A stretch of 64,000 bases of DNA from an uncultured Spirochaetota bacterium (lineage in GTDB: Bacteria > Spirochaetota > Spirochaetia > SZUA-6 > CAVTHK01), in the NCBI GenBank assembly GCA_963734495.1, contig CAVTHK010000013.1, forward strand, positions 224,001 to 288,000, in the 5' to 3' direction. The notes below the pieces were generated by a model. The model did not search any database and was not told the DNA's origin. It saw only the letters and a program-made list of their open reading frames with translations. The number at the start of each line of letters is the position of its first letter. Within the stretch, counting starts at the first letter, position 1. Both the position numbers and the translations under genes were made by a program. Below are positions 45,725 through 56,804 of the stretch, one piece after another.

Positions 45725-47907
45725 ATGGCACGATCGACGGACGCACGCGTCAGGGTCGCCGGGCAGCATGCGCGGGTGACCGTCACGGCTGCGAGCGATC
45801 GCACCGCGAGGATCACGGTGGCGGCCGCCTCCGACGCGGGCCTTCCGCCGGACGAGCCGGTGCTGGCGCCGCGCGCGTGGCCGGAGCCGGCAGCGAGCTT
45901 CGACGCGCTGCCGGCGGAGGTGCGCCTTGCTGCGGGCGCGCTCACGGTGAGCGTCTCGCGCGGCGGGAACGGCATCGAGATCGCGCTCACCGACGGCTCG
46001 CGCCAGCTGCGCCTCGAGATCAGCGCCGACGCGCACGAGCTGCTGTTCGACGCCGGCCGCGGGCCGCTGTACGGGCTCGGCGCCGGGGGGACGCAGCAGA
46101 TGGACCGGCGGGGCGGCGTGTTCGAGCCGCTCAACGGCCAGATCGCGGGCGAGCAGGAGGAGTTCGGCGCGAGGGTGTACATCCCCCTGCTGCTGAGCGC
46201 CGAGGGCTGGAGCCTCTTTGTCCACCGCCCCTTCCACGCCACTGTCGACCTGCGCGGCGAGCGCGGGCGCCTCGCGGCGGGCGGCCTTCTTCCCCTTGAC
46301 CTCTTCGTAACGGTGGCCGGCGACCCTGCGGCGCTGCTTTCCGAGCACGCCGCCCTGGTCGGCCCCACGCCGCTTCCTCCGAAGTGGGCCCTCGGCTACC
46401 AGCAGTCGCACCGCACCCTCACCTGGCGCGGCGAGGAGCAGGTGCTGAAGACCGCGCGCACCTTTCGGGAGAAGCATCTCCCCTGCGACACGCTCATCTA
46501 CCTCGGAACCGGCTTCTGCCCCGCGGGCTGGAACAGGGGCCACGGCTCCTTCGAGTTCAACGCCGTCTTCGACGACCCCGAGGCGACGCTCGCCGAGCTC
46601 CACCGCATGGGCTTCAAGGTGATCCTGCACGTGCTCGCGCATCCCAAAGGGCTGCACGGCAGCGTGCAGCGAGGCGCCTGGCGCGCGGCCGCCCGCGGCG
46701 GCGGACCCGGCCGATGCGCGCGCCTACTGGGACAAGCACCGCTTCCTGCTCGAGCCGCGCCTCGGCGTCGACGGCTTCTGGCCCGACGAAGGCGACGACG
46801 ACGACATCCCCGCGCGCCTGGCGCGCCATCGGCTCTACTGGGAAGGACCCGTCGCGGAGCGGCCTGACGTCCGGCCGTTCTCGTTCCACCGCAACGGCTA
46901 CGCGGGCATGCAGCGCTGGGGCGGCAACATCTGGTCAGGCGACACGTTCGCGTGGTGGCGGACGCTCAAGTCCCACGTGCCCATCGCGCTGAACGCGAGC
47001 CTGAGCGCGACGCTCTACTGGCAGTCGGACACCGGCGGGTTCTTCCCCACAAAGGAGCTCACAGGCGAGCTGTACGCGCGCTGGTTCCAGTTCTCCGCGT
47101 TCTGCCCGATCTTCCGCAGCCACGGTCGCACGTGGCACCTGCGGCGGCCGTGGGGCTGGAACACGGGCGATCTCGGGCCCGACGAGGCGGGGACCGGCTA
47201 TCGCGGGCTCCCGGGTCTCGGCAATCCCGACGCGTCCGAGCTGCACAATGCCGAAGTGGAGCCGATCTGCCGCAAGTACCTCGAGCTGCGCTACCGCCTG
47301 CTCCCCTACATCTACAGCCTCGCGTGGGAGGCGTGGGCCCGGGGCATGCCGCTGATGCGGCCCCTGTGGCTGCACTTTCCCGACGACGAGGCGGCGGTCC
47401 GCTGCTCCGACCAGTACATGTGGGGCCCTTCGATCCTCGTCGCCCCCGTCCTGGAAAAGGGCGCGGCGTCGCGCAGGGTGTATCTCCCGCGCGGGCCTCT
47501 GGTACGACTACTGGACGCGCGAGGCGATCGAAGGCGGCCGCACCGTGGAGCGTCCGGTGGATCTCGCGACGATGCCGCTCTACGTCCGCGCGGGGGCCGT
47601 GCTCCCGCTCGACCCTGTGCGCGAGCACGTCGGCCAACCGGTCGACGCGCCAACGACCCTCGAAGTGTGGGAAGGGGCCGACGGCTCGTTCCTGCTGTAT
47701 GACGACGACGGGGTCAGCCTGGAGTATAGACAAGGGAAGGGCGCCCTCACCGCCCTCACGTGGAGCGAGGCCGGCAGGACCCTCACGCTCGAGAGACGCG
47801 GCGGAGCGAGGGCGCCGGCGCCTGTGCGATACGCGGTACGCAGCGCGCTCCGCGACGGACCGCGCGAGCTCGTCTTTGACGGCCGTCACGCGTCCGTCGT
47901 ACTGTGA
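45725..47907 (+). CDS. Glycoside hydrolase family 31 (frameshifts near 46700 and 47495)
   Basis: PKWALGYQQS, FWPDEGD, WSGD, SDTGGF, LRYRLLPYIYS, LYDDDG. Confidence 0.9.
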
Positions 47908-47947
47908 CCCGCGGGGGCCGCGGCGCGCGCGGACGTGGAGGGTTGTG

Positions 47948-48739
47948 ATGCGCATCAAGCAGTCGTTCTGTCTCCCGATGTACCGCCAGGAGGGGCTCGA
48001 TCTGCCCGCTCTCTTCCGCGAGGTGCGGAAGATCGGCTATCCCGCGACCGAGGTCTGGGACCGCTTCGCGCTGGAAGGCCCGGGCTGGGAGGAGACGTTC
48101 GAAGCCGCGCGCAGCGCCGGCCTCGCGATCGCGAGCATGAGCGGCCATCGCTCGCTGCCCGACGGCCTGAACAAGACGGAGAACCACGACCGCATCGAGG
48201 CTGAGCTGCGCGAGTCGATCGACGTCGCGGTCAAATGGCGCGTCCCGGGCCTGATCTGCTTTTCCGGCAACCGCAACCCGGGACAGAGCGACCTCGAGGG
48301 GATGATGGTGTGCGCCCGGGGCCTGCGGCGGATTGTCCGCTACGCCGAGGAAAAGAAAGTCAACCTGAACGTCGAGCTGCTCAACTCGCGCGTGAACCAC
48401 CCGGGCTACCAGTGCGACCACACCGAGTGGGGCGTCGCCCTGTGCGAGATGGTCGGCAGCCCGCGCGCGAAGCTGCTCTTCGACATCTACCACATGCAGA
48501 TCATGGAAGGCGACGTCATCCGCTCGATCCGCTCGCACATCGGCCGCATCGGCCACTTCCACACGGCCGGCAACCCCGACCGGCGCGACCTGGACGACGA
48601 GCAGGAGCTGAACTACCGCGGCATCTCGCGCGCCATCGCGGCAACGGGATACGACGGGTTCGTCGGGCACGAGTTCAAGCCCAGGGGCGACGTCCTCGAG
48701 GCGCTGCGGACGGCCTTCGCGATCTGCGACCAGGGCTGA
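47948..48739 (+). CDS. Hydroxypyruvate isomerase family TIM-barrel protein
   Basis: ELLNSRVNHPGY, LLFDIYHMQIMEG, HFHTAGNP, GHEF. Confidence 0.88.
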   Translation: MRIKQSFCLPMYRQEGLDLPALFREVRKIGYPATEVWDRFALEGPGWEETFEAARSAGLAIASMSGHRSLPDGLNKTENHDRIEAELRESIDVAVKWRVPGLICFSGNRNPGQSDLEGMMVCARGLRRIVRYAEEKKVNLNVELLNSRVNHPGYQCDHTEWGVALCEMVGSPRAKLLFDIYHMQIMEGDVIRSIRSHIGRIGHFHTAGNPDRRDLDDEQELNYRGISRAIAATGYDGFVGHEFKPRGDVLEALRTAFAICDQG

Positions 48740-48751
48740 GGCGAGCGGCCG

Positions 48752-50207
48752 TCAGCGGCGGCCGCGGGCCATCTCCCGCGCCAGCTCGCCGAGTGTCCTG
48801 ACCGCCTGCTCCGTCACCGGGTTCCACGCCGCGGCGCTGAGGCGGAAGTAGCCGTCGTATCCTCCCGACGCCGAGAAGAGCGGCCCCGGCGCGATCGAGA
48901 TCCCGCGCTCGAGCGCCCTGCGGTAGAGCTCGAGCGAGTCCAGCCCCTCGGGCAGCTCGATCCAGAGCAGGTACCCTCCGGCAGGCCTGGTCACGCGCGT
49001 GCCCGCGGGGAACAGGCGGCCGATCGCCTCGCCCATCGCCGCGACGCTCGCCGCGTAACCGCGGCGGATGCCGCGGAGGTGCCGGTCGTAGCCGCCGTTC
49101 TCGAGGAACTCCGCCATCGCGATCTGCGTCGGCGAGGCGCTGGCGACGTTGCTGATGAACTTGAGCCGCGCGATCTCCCCTTGCAGCTTCCCCGCGGCGA
49201 TCCAGCCGACCCGGTAGCCCGGCGCCACGGTCTTGGAGAACGAGGAGCAGAGGATCACGTTGTCGTCGGCCGCGCGCGCCACCGGCGGCCGCGGCTCCTC
49301 GAACGAGAGGTCCCCGTTGATGTCGTCCTCGATCAGCGCGACGCCGTGGCTCGCGAGAAGCCTCACCGAGCTCCGCCTTGCGCTCGACGGGCATGACGCT
49401 TCCCAGCGGGTTGGTAAAGTTCGTGATCGCCACGCACGCCCGCACCGCATTGTGCTCGAGGGCGTAGCGCAGGACCTCGAGGCTCATCCCTTCGCTCGGC
49501 GTCGCGGGGATCTCGAGGACGCGCAGCCCGAACGACTCCATGGTCTGGAAAAAGCTGAAGAACGTCGGCGACTCCACCGCGACCGTGTCGCCCGGCCGGC
49601 AGAGCGCCCGCAGCGCGAGACCCACGGCCTCGAGGCAGCCCGATGTGATGACGATCTCTTCGGGCTTCAGGGCGCAGCCGGCGAGCAGGCCGCGGCGCGC
49701 GATCTGCTCGCGCAGCCGCCGGTCGCCGGCCGGGGGCAGGTAGCCCACGCTCCGCGCGGGATGGCGGCGCGCCTCGACCGCGATCATGCGCGTGAGCCGC
49801 TCCGCCGGGAGCAGGGCCGGGTTGGGGAGCCCGAGGCCGAGCGGCAGCAGCGTCGGGTCCGAGAAATGCTGCATGATCCGCTGCAGCAGCGCGCCGTTGG
49901 TGATCTCCGCGGGCGCGACCGCGGCCTCCGCGACCTCGGCGGCGTGCGGCAGCTCCGGCAGCGGTCCCGTCACGTAGTAGCCCGACTGCGGCCGCGCGGA
50001 CACGACGCGCCTCGTCTCCAGCAGCTCGTACGCCTCTTTGACCGTGTTGACGCTCACCCGAAGCTGCCGGCTCAGAGTGCGGATCGACGGGATGCGGTCC
50101 CCGGGTCTCAGGGCGCCCTCGCCGATCATCGCGTTGATCCGCGAGGCGACCCGCTCGTAGAGCGGGGCCTGCCTCGCCTCGAGCTGTCCTGTTCCTGGTT
50201 CGGTCAT
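48752..50207 (-). CDS. MocR/GntR family PLP-dependent regulator (frameshift near 49365)
   Basis: GDRIPSIR...VSVNTV...RPQSGYYV, SSFSKTVAPGYRVGW. Confidence 0.92.
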
Positions 50208-50221
50208 GGCCATAACGTTAA

Positions 50222-50330
50222 TATGACTCAAAAAGTCATAAAAGACTCAGTCGGGCCGCCCGGCAATGGTCACAGTTGCCCCCCGCGCCGACTGTGTCGG
50301 GCTCACATCTGATTGACTGAATCTGTTCCG
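50222..50330. promoter_or_regulatory. Candidate MocR operator region
   Basis: TATGACT-N5-AGTCATA (50222-50240), CACAGT-N14-ACTGTG (50271-50296), repeated ATCTG. Confidence 0.5.
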
Positions 50331-50423
50331 CGCCCGCGAACAAGAGTATTGAAATTGAAGGCTGCCGCCAACGCGCCCCGCCCATCGCGGGGAGCGCGGG
50401 CACGGCTCTCGCGGAGGTTCGTG

Positions 50424-50733
50424 ATGAAGACGGTTGTCCACCCCGGATGCTCGCTCGTGCTGACCGGCGACGCGAGGGGTGTCTCGGTGATCTGCGGCCA
50501 GGGCGTGCTCTGGCTCACTCAGGAGCGCGACGAGCGCGACCACATCCTCGCAGACGGCGAGACCTTCGTCGTCGACCGCCGGGGCCGCGTGGTGATCTCG
50601 TCGCCGCTGGAGTCCGAGGTCGCGCTCGCGGGACGGCCGCGGCGCGGCCTGCTCGGGCTGCCGCTGTGGAGGACGCGCCTGGCGCCTCACCCCGCGATCC
50701 GGCGGCCCGCGCCGCCTGCGGCGCGGCCTGTGA
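50424..50733 (+). CDS. DUF2917-like small protein (3' end uncertain; the ORF as read extends to 50924)
   Basis: VICGQGVLWLTQERDERDHILADGETF. Confidence 0.75.
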
Positions 50734-50740
50734 CGCCGGT

Positions 50741-51742
50741 CTACAGCGAGTCGACGTCGACGACCTGGCCGGTGTCGAGCGAGCGGATCGCGGCAAGAAT
50801 CACCCGCAGGCCCCGGAGCGCGTCCTCGCCCGAGCCGTCGATCTCCTCGGGCTTCGCGCCGGCCGCCACCTGGCGCACAAAGGCGCGCAGGCGCGCGCGG
50901 AAGGTGTCGTCGAACCCCGCGTAGCCGCCAAACACCGGGTTGGTGAAAACGCGCTTCTCCAGGTTGCCCGCGGGGTACAGCGTCGCCTCGCGCCACATGT
51001 CGTCGACCACGAGGCGGCCCTTCGTGCCCGCGATCTCGCAGCGCTCCATCGGGTGGCCGCGCTCGATGTCGTAGCTGCTCGTGAGGTGCCCCACCGCGCC
51101 GTTGGCGAACTGCATGTTGAACGACGCCGTCGACCATATGTTGCGGCCCGGTGCCGTCATCGCAAAGCAGTGCACCCGCCTCACCTCCCCGCAGTAGTAC
51201 CGCATCATGTCCACGCTGTGCGGGTTCAGCGCCTTGATGTGGTAGGTGCGCGACTCGAGCGGCTGGAACTTCCCGATCCAGAGGGCCATGTTGCAGAAGA
51301 GGAGGTCGCCGAGGAGGCCTTCATTCTGCCATTTCTTCGCCTGGAGTGCGGCGGGCGTGAACCGGTGGTTGAAGTCGCACCCGAGGCAGAGGCGCTTCTC
51401 CCTGGCGCTCGCCACCATGGCCTGTGCAGGCTCGAGCTCGTTGGAGATCGGCTTCTCGACGAGCACGTGGCAGCCCGCCTCGAGGGCCTGCAGCGCCGGT
51501 TTCGCGTGGTCGCTCGCGTACTCGTAGCCGCCCGTTGCGACGCTCACGATCGCCGGCTTCGCGGCGCGCAGCATCTCGCGCGCATCCGTGTACCAGGCAA
51601 CGTCCAGCCTGCGCCCGGCCTTCTCGGCCCGGTCGGGGAGGATGTCGCACACGGCGGCGAGCTCCACCATCTCGTCGCGCTTGTAGAGATCGGCGTGCAG
51701 GTTCCCGATGGGCCCCAGGCCCACGACGCAAACCTTCACCAT
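50741..51742 (-). CDS. Gfo/Idh/MocA oxidoreductase
   Basis: VVGLGPIG, HVLVEKP, NHRFTP, HSVD. Confidence 0.92.
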   Translation of the reverse strand: MVKVCVVGLGPIGNLHADLYKRDEMVELAAVCDILPDRAEKAGRRLDVAWYTDAREMLRAAKPAIVSVATGGYEYASDHAKPALQALEAGCHVLVEKPISNELEPAQAMVASAREKRLCLGCDFNHRFTPAALQAKKWQNEGLLGDLLFCNMALWIGKFQPLESRTYHIKALNPHSVDMMRYYCGEVRRVHCFAMTAPGRNIWSTASFNMQFANGAVGHLTSSYDIERGHPMERCEIAGTKGRLVVDDMWREATLYPAGNLEKRVFTNPVFGGYAGFDDTFRARLRAFVRQVAAGAKPEEIDGSGEDALRGLRVILAAIRSLDTGQVVDVDSL

Positions 51743-51772
51743 GAGAGCCCTCCCCCCGACGCGGCGCCCCTG

Positions 51773-52610
51773 CTACTTTCGTCCCGCGCCGCGCCGCTTG
51801 TCGGCCTCGAGGACGCGGTCGCGGACCGCGATCAAGTTGTCGGCGTTCACGTACTCGAGAACAAAGGGTAACCCTTCGCAGTGCTGGTGGTACAGGTCCA
51901 GGAACAGCGGCCAGTCGATGTCGCCGTCGCCGACGACGCGCCCCTTGGCGTCGTTGACCTTGCGGTCCTTGCCGTGGAAGTAGCCGATGTGGGGCGCCAG
52001 GTAGCGGAACATGTCCTCTTCGGAGCTGTTGGCGATGAGGTTCGCGGGGTCGAGCAGGACCTTGATCCGGTCGGAGCCGACCTGCGCGATAAAGTCGCGC
52101 GTGCGCTTCGCGCTCGGGACGGGGTCGAGCACGCACGACTCGAGGCACACGTGCAGCCCGTGCCGCGCCGCGGCCACGGCCAGGCGCTGGAAGCTCAGCA
52201 CGAGACGCGCAAAGTCGCTCTCGTAGGTCTCCAGACGCACGCCTCTCGCTCCCGGGCACGAAGCCGGTCTCGGTCGAGACATAGGGGACCCCGTTGGCCT
52301 CGGCGATCTCCATGTGCCGCTCGAAATAGTCGATGTTCTCGTCGAGCTCGCGCTCGTCGGGCTCCATGAGGTTGGTAAAGACTCCGATCGCCGTGACCTC
52401 GACGCCGCGGCCGCGGTAGGTCTCGACGATCTCGCGCGCCCGCTCGTCGGTCAGCCCCGAGATGTCGGAGCGGCCGTTGTAGACCCAGTACTTCGAATCG
52501 GTCTGCGAGAAGCAGAGCTCGGTCCAGCGGAACCCGTTGCTCGCGAGGAGGTCAGCGGTCTCGCGATTCGAGAGCTGCGGAAAGCTCCTGGTCACGACTC
52601 CGACGTCCAC
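51773..52610 (-). CDS. Sugar phosphate isomerase/epimerase TIM barrel (frameshift near 52250)
   Basis: STETGF, VCLES, LLDPAN, FHGKD, GDGDIDW, VLEY. Confidence 0.87.
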
Positions 52611-52688
52611 GGCATGCCTCCTGCGGAACGGTACCACGGCGCCGGGTCCGCCGCCTCCATGAAAGCGCCAGCCGCAAGCATGATCGGG

Positions 52689-54205
52689 TCAGGGCGCGCC
52701 GCTGCGGTGCGTAGCGCGTCCCCTCGCCGGCGGTCAGCGCGCGGTAGGCGACGGCCGTCCGCCCGTAGTCGCCGCCGCGGTCGAGCGCGTAGCCGCGGCC
52801 GACCGCGGTCGCGACGGCGAGCCCCGCGAGCTCGTCCGCGTGCCGATCCAGCAGGTCCGCTCCGGTCTCGCCGTGCCCGTCGAGGATCAGGTGAAGCACG
52901 ATCCTTCCGGCGCCCGCGCTGCGGGCCGCCTCGGCGATGGCGAGGGTCTCCCCGATCGTGCCGTGGGAGCTGGTCTCGGACAGCATCCCGATCAGGTGCA
53001 CGACCGAGCCGCGGCGCGCGGCCCCGCGCGCGAGCGCGGCGAGGCGCGAATGGCCCGCAAACCCGTCGGCAAACGCGCGGCGCAGCCGCAGCTCGTCCTG
53101 CTCGACGACCCTCCCCGCGCCGATCGTGAGGTGGCCGGCCTCCGAGTTCCCGCCGCGGCCCGCGGGCAGGCCGACCGCCACGCCCGACGCCTCCAGGCGC
53201 ACGAGAGGGAGCCGCGCGCTCAGGTCCGCGAGGTGGACCGGCGCCGCGGCCGCGATCGGGTTCGTCTTCGGGTCATCGGGACCGAGGCCCCATCCATCCA
53301 GGATCACCAGGGCCAGCTTCGAAGCGCGGGCGCGGGGGAAGACGAGAGCCGTTCCCGTCATCTCGGCGGGCGCGGGGATCCCGAAAAAGCGCAGCGCGGT
53401 GGGCGCGACGTCCGCGAGGCTTCCCTCGCGCGCGCGGAAGTCCGCGGCGCTCACGCGCCCGGTCCGACACCAGGAACGGGACGAGGCTCGTCGTGTGGGC
53501 GGTTCCCGGGGTGCCGTCGGGGTTCACCCCCACTTCGAGAAGCCCGTGGTCCGCCGTCACCAGGACGGCCGCCTCGGCGGCCGCGGCGGCGCGGAGGATC
53601 CCGCCGAGCGCCTCGTCCACGGCGCGCACGGCGGCGACCTTGGCTTCGAACGCCGGCAGATGACCGACAGTGTCGCCCGCGGCAAAGTTCACGAGCACGA
53701 AGTCGTGGCCGGAGAGGCCCTCGGCGGCGGCGGCGCCTGCTTCCGCGGTGCCCGCGACCACTCTCGTTTCGTGCAGCGGCAGAGGCTCGTTGCGGCGGCC
53801 GTTGAAGAAGAAGGTGACGAGCGCGCGCTTTTCGGCTCTCGCTCACGGCGAGCTGCCGCAGCCCGGCGCGGCCGAGGGTTTCGCCCAGCGTGTTGGCGGG
53901 GCGGAGAGGCGGGATGAGCGGCTCGACCCGTATGCCCGGATCGTATTCGACGAGAGGCACGAACTCCAGGCCCGGCAGGGGCATCCGCTCGAAAGTGCGG
54001 GAAACTCGCGGGACGTGAAGGCTTCGGTGAGCTGCGCCTCGCGGTCCCCCCTGCGGCAGCAGAAGATCGCCACGTCGCCGGGGCCGATGCGGCCGGCCGG
54101 GCCTTCCGCCCCCGCGGCCACGAGGGGCCGCATCCACGTGTCGGTCTCTCCCCGCGCGTACCGCGCGCGGAGCTCTGCGGCCAGTCCCGTGCTCACCGGG
54201 CTCAT
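52689..54205 (-). CDS. gpmI: Circularly permuted 2,3-BPG-independent phosphoglycerate mutase-like protein (about 4 frameshifts; stop uncertain, 52689 or 52552)
   Basis: All iPGM motifs are present, but the canonical C-terminal half precedes the N-terminal half. Confidence 0.85.
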
Positions 54206-54320
54206 TGTCCCGGGAGGCATCGCCGCGTGTCAAACCCGGGGCGGCCGGGCTGGGGCGGGCGCTTGCACCGCAGCCGCAGGACCGGCACAATGCGGCGCGC
54301 GGGAGGACGGCGAGGCAGGC

Positions 54321-55222
54321 ATGACGGTCGCGACAAGGGGCTCCTCGGCGGCGTCGGTGCGGGTCCTCCCCGCGTCGCGGGTGTTCCACGACGAGGGGTT
54401 CCCGCTGCACGCCATGGTCATCGACCAGTTCGACCTCGACCGGCACAGGCACGACTTTACCGAGATCGTCGTGGTGCTCGACGGCGTGGGCGACCACCTC
54501 TTCGACGAGCGCGTCTACCCGATCTGCGCCGGCGACGTCTTCGCGGTCGACAAGAGCCACGCGCACGGCTACCGCAACACGCAGGCCCTGCGGATCGCCA
54601 ACGTGCTGTTTGACGAGCCCTTCCTCACCGCCCGCGCGCCGTGGGTCGAGCGTCTCGCCGGATACCAGGCGCTGGTGCACCTGGAGCCGACGCTGCGCAA
54701 GCAGCAGGCCTTCGGCGGCAAGCTGCGCCTCGGTCCGCAGGCCATGGCGCGCGCCGGCGAGCTGGTCCGCAGGCTGCTGGAAGAGCTGCGCGGCGCCGCG
54801 AGGGCTACCGCGCGATGGCCTTCGCCCTGCTCACCGAGCTGCTGGTGGACCTCGCGCGCTGGTACGCGGGCAGCGACGTCCAGCAGACCCGCGACGTGGC
54901 CGACGTCGGCCGCGTGATCAGCTACCTCGAGAACCACTACCAGGAGCCCGTCGAGCTCGCCGACCTGGAAAAGCTCGTCGGCCGGTCCACCCGGACGCTC
55001 CTGCGGCGCTTCAACCAGGCGACGGGCCTGACCCCGATCCAGTACCTGCTGCGCGTGCGCGTCGCCCGCTCCTGCGGCCTGCTCGCCGCAAGCGCCCTGT
55101 CCATCACGGACCTCGCGGGGCGCGTCGGCTTCGAGGACAGCAACTACTTCGCGCGGCAGTTCCGCCAGGTGATGGGCATGAGCCCGTCGGAGTACAGGCG
55201 GAACACGAGGGCGCCGCAGTGA
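54321..55222 (+). CDS. AraC family regulator, RhaS/RhaR-like (frameshift near 54795)
   Basis: HRHDFTEIVVV cupin; VGFEDSNYFARQF. Confidence 0.92.
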
Positions 55223-55543
55223 ACGCTTCGCCTGCGGGCGCGGGCCGCGAGGCGCGGACCATGGGCGCCATGATCCGGCTCTACTGCGCCGCGCGCCACG
55301 GGACGAAGCGGCCCTGCGAGGACTGCGCTCGCCTCGCGGCCTACGCGCTGGACAGGCTGGACCGCTGCCGCTTCGGGTCGCGCAAGCCGGTCTGCGCGCG
55401 CGTGCCCGACTCACTGCTATCGGCCCCGGGAGCGCGAGGCGATCCGCGAGGTGATGCGCTGCGCCGGGCCGAGGATGCTGCTGCGCCACCCGCTCCTCGC
55501 GGCGCTGCACCTGCTGCACCGGGCCAGGGGCGTGCGCGCATGA
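55219..55543 (+). CDS. YgbA / nitrous-oxide-stimulated promoter family protein (frameshift near 55400)
   Basis: MIRLYCAARH...CEDC..LAAYA..RLDRC...KPVC, then HCY...VMRCAGPRMLLRHP. Confidence 0.85.
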
Positions 55544-56775
55544 GGCGGCGGCGCGAGCGCGGCGCGCGGCCCGCGCAGCGCGGGGCCGGCGACTCCGCGC
55601 TGCTGGAGGCCGCGGCCGGGGCCATCGCCGCGGTGCTCCGCGACGGCCGCCGCGCCGACGCGGAGCTGCACCGCCTGATGCGGGAGAACGCGCGCTGGTC
55701 CGCCGAAGCCAGGGCCGCTGTCGCCTCCGCGGTCCACGACGTGCTGCGCGACTGGCGGCGGCTCGCCTGGGCCGCGCACGCGCGCCGCACCCCCCCGACG
55801 GAAGCGGACGTGCGGGCCGTCGTGGAGGCGTGGGCCGCGTCCGCCGGCCGGCGCCGGGACGCGCCGGACGCCGCGGCGCGCCGCGGCCCCGCCCTCCCCT
55901 TCGCGGTCGAGCACTCGCTGCCCGACTGGCTCGACCGTGCGGGCGCCTCAGAGCTCGGCGGCGAGCGCTGGCGCGCCTTCGCCTCGTGGGCCGAGCGCGA
56001 GCCTCCCCTCTACGTCCGCGCGAACACGCTCAAGATCGGCCCCGAGGCGCTCGCCCGCCGCCTGCGCGCGGAGTGCGGCGCGGACGCGCGCCGCGTCAGC
56101 TGGTCGGTGGACGCCCTCGAGGTGCGCTCCCGCGCCGATCTCCTCGCCACCGAGGCGCACGGGGCGGGGCTTTTCGAGGTGCAGGATGCCGCGTCGCAGC
56201 TGGTCTCGCGGGCTCTGGACGCGCGGCCGGGGATGCGGGTCGTCGACGGCTGCGCGGGCGCCGGCGGCAAGACGCTGCATCTCGCCGCGCTGATGCGCAA
56301 CGAGGGCCGCGTGCTTGCCCTCGACCCGAGCGAGGCGAAGCTCGCGCGCCTCCGCGCGCGGGCCCGCAGGGCCGGCGCCGCGATCGTCGAGACCCGCGCC
56401 GTCGAGTCCACAAAGGTCATCAAGCGGCGCAGCGGGACCGCGGACCGCCTCCTCCTCGACGTGCCGTGCTCGGGCCTGGGCGTGATCCGCCGCAACCCCG
56501 ACATCAGGTGGCGCCTGCGGCCCGAGGACCTCGAGCGCGTGCGGGCGCTGCAGCGCGAGATCCTTTCGACGTATCCGCGCCTCGTGCGCGAGGGCGGTCG
56601 CCTCGTGTATGCGACGTGCAGCGTGCTACCTTCGGAGGGGGAGGAGCAGGTGCGGTGGTTCCTGGAGCGGGAGCCCGGGTCGTGGCGTCTCCTCGAGGAG
56701 AAGCGATGGGGGCCGCCCGGTCAGGACAGCGACGCTTTCTACATAGCGGTGCTGGAGAGAACCCCGCCCGGGTAG
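55540..56775 (+). CDS. RsmB/NOP family RNA m5C methyltransferase
   Basis: FEVQDAASQ, DGCAGAGGKT, DVPCSGLG, YATCS. Confidence 0.92.
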   Translation: MRRRRERGARPAQRGAGDSALLEAAAGAIAAVLRDGRRADAELHRLMRENARWSAEARAAVASAVHDVLRDWRRLAWAAHARRTPPTEADVRAVVEAWAASAGRRRDAPDAAARRGPALPFAVEHSLPDWLDRAGASELGGERWRAFASWAEREPPLYVRANTLKIGPEALARRLRAECGADARRVSWSVDALEVRSRADLLATEAHGAGLFEVQDAASQLVSRALDARPGMRVVDGCAGAGGKTLHLAALMRNEGRVLALDPSEAKLARLRARARRAGAAIVETRAVESTKVIKRRSGTADRLLLDVPCSGLGVIRRNPDIRWRLRPEDLERVRALQREILSTYPRLVREGGRLVYATCSVLPSEGEEQVRWFLEREPGSWRLLEEKRWGPPGQDSDAFYIAVLERTPPG

Positions 56776-56804
56776 CGCCCGGCGGCAACCACCTTTACTT
56801 TCGT

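Noticed and set aside
54610-56775. 721-aa apparent YgbA-RsmB fusion
   Set aside because: A frameshift near 55400 bypasses the YgbA stop at 55543. RsmB starts at 55540.
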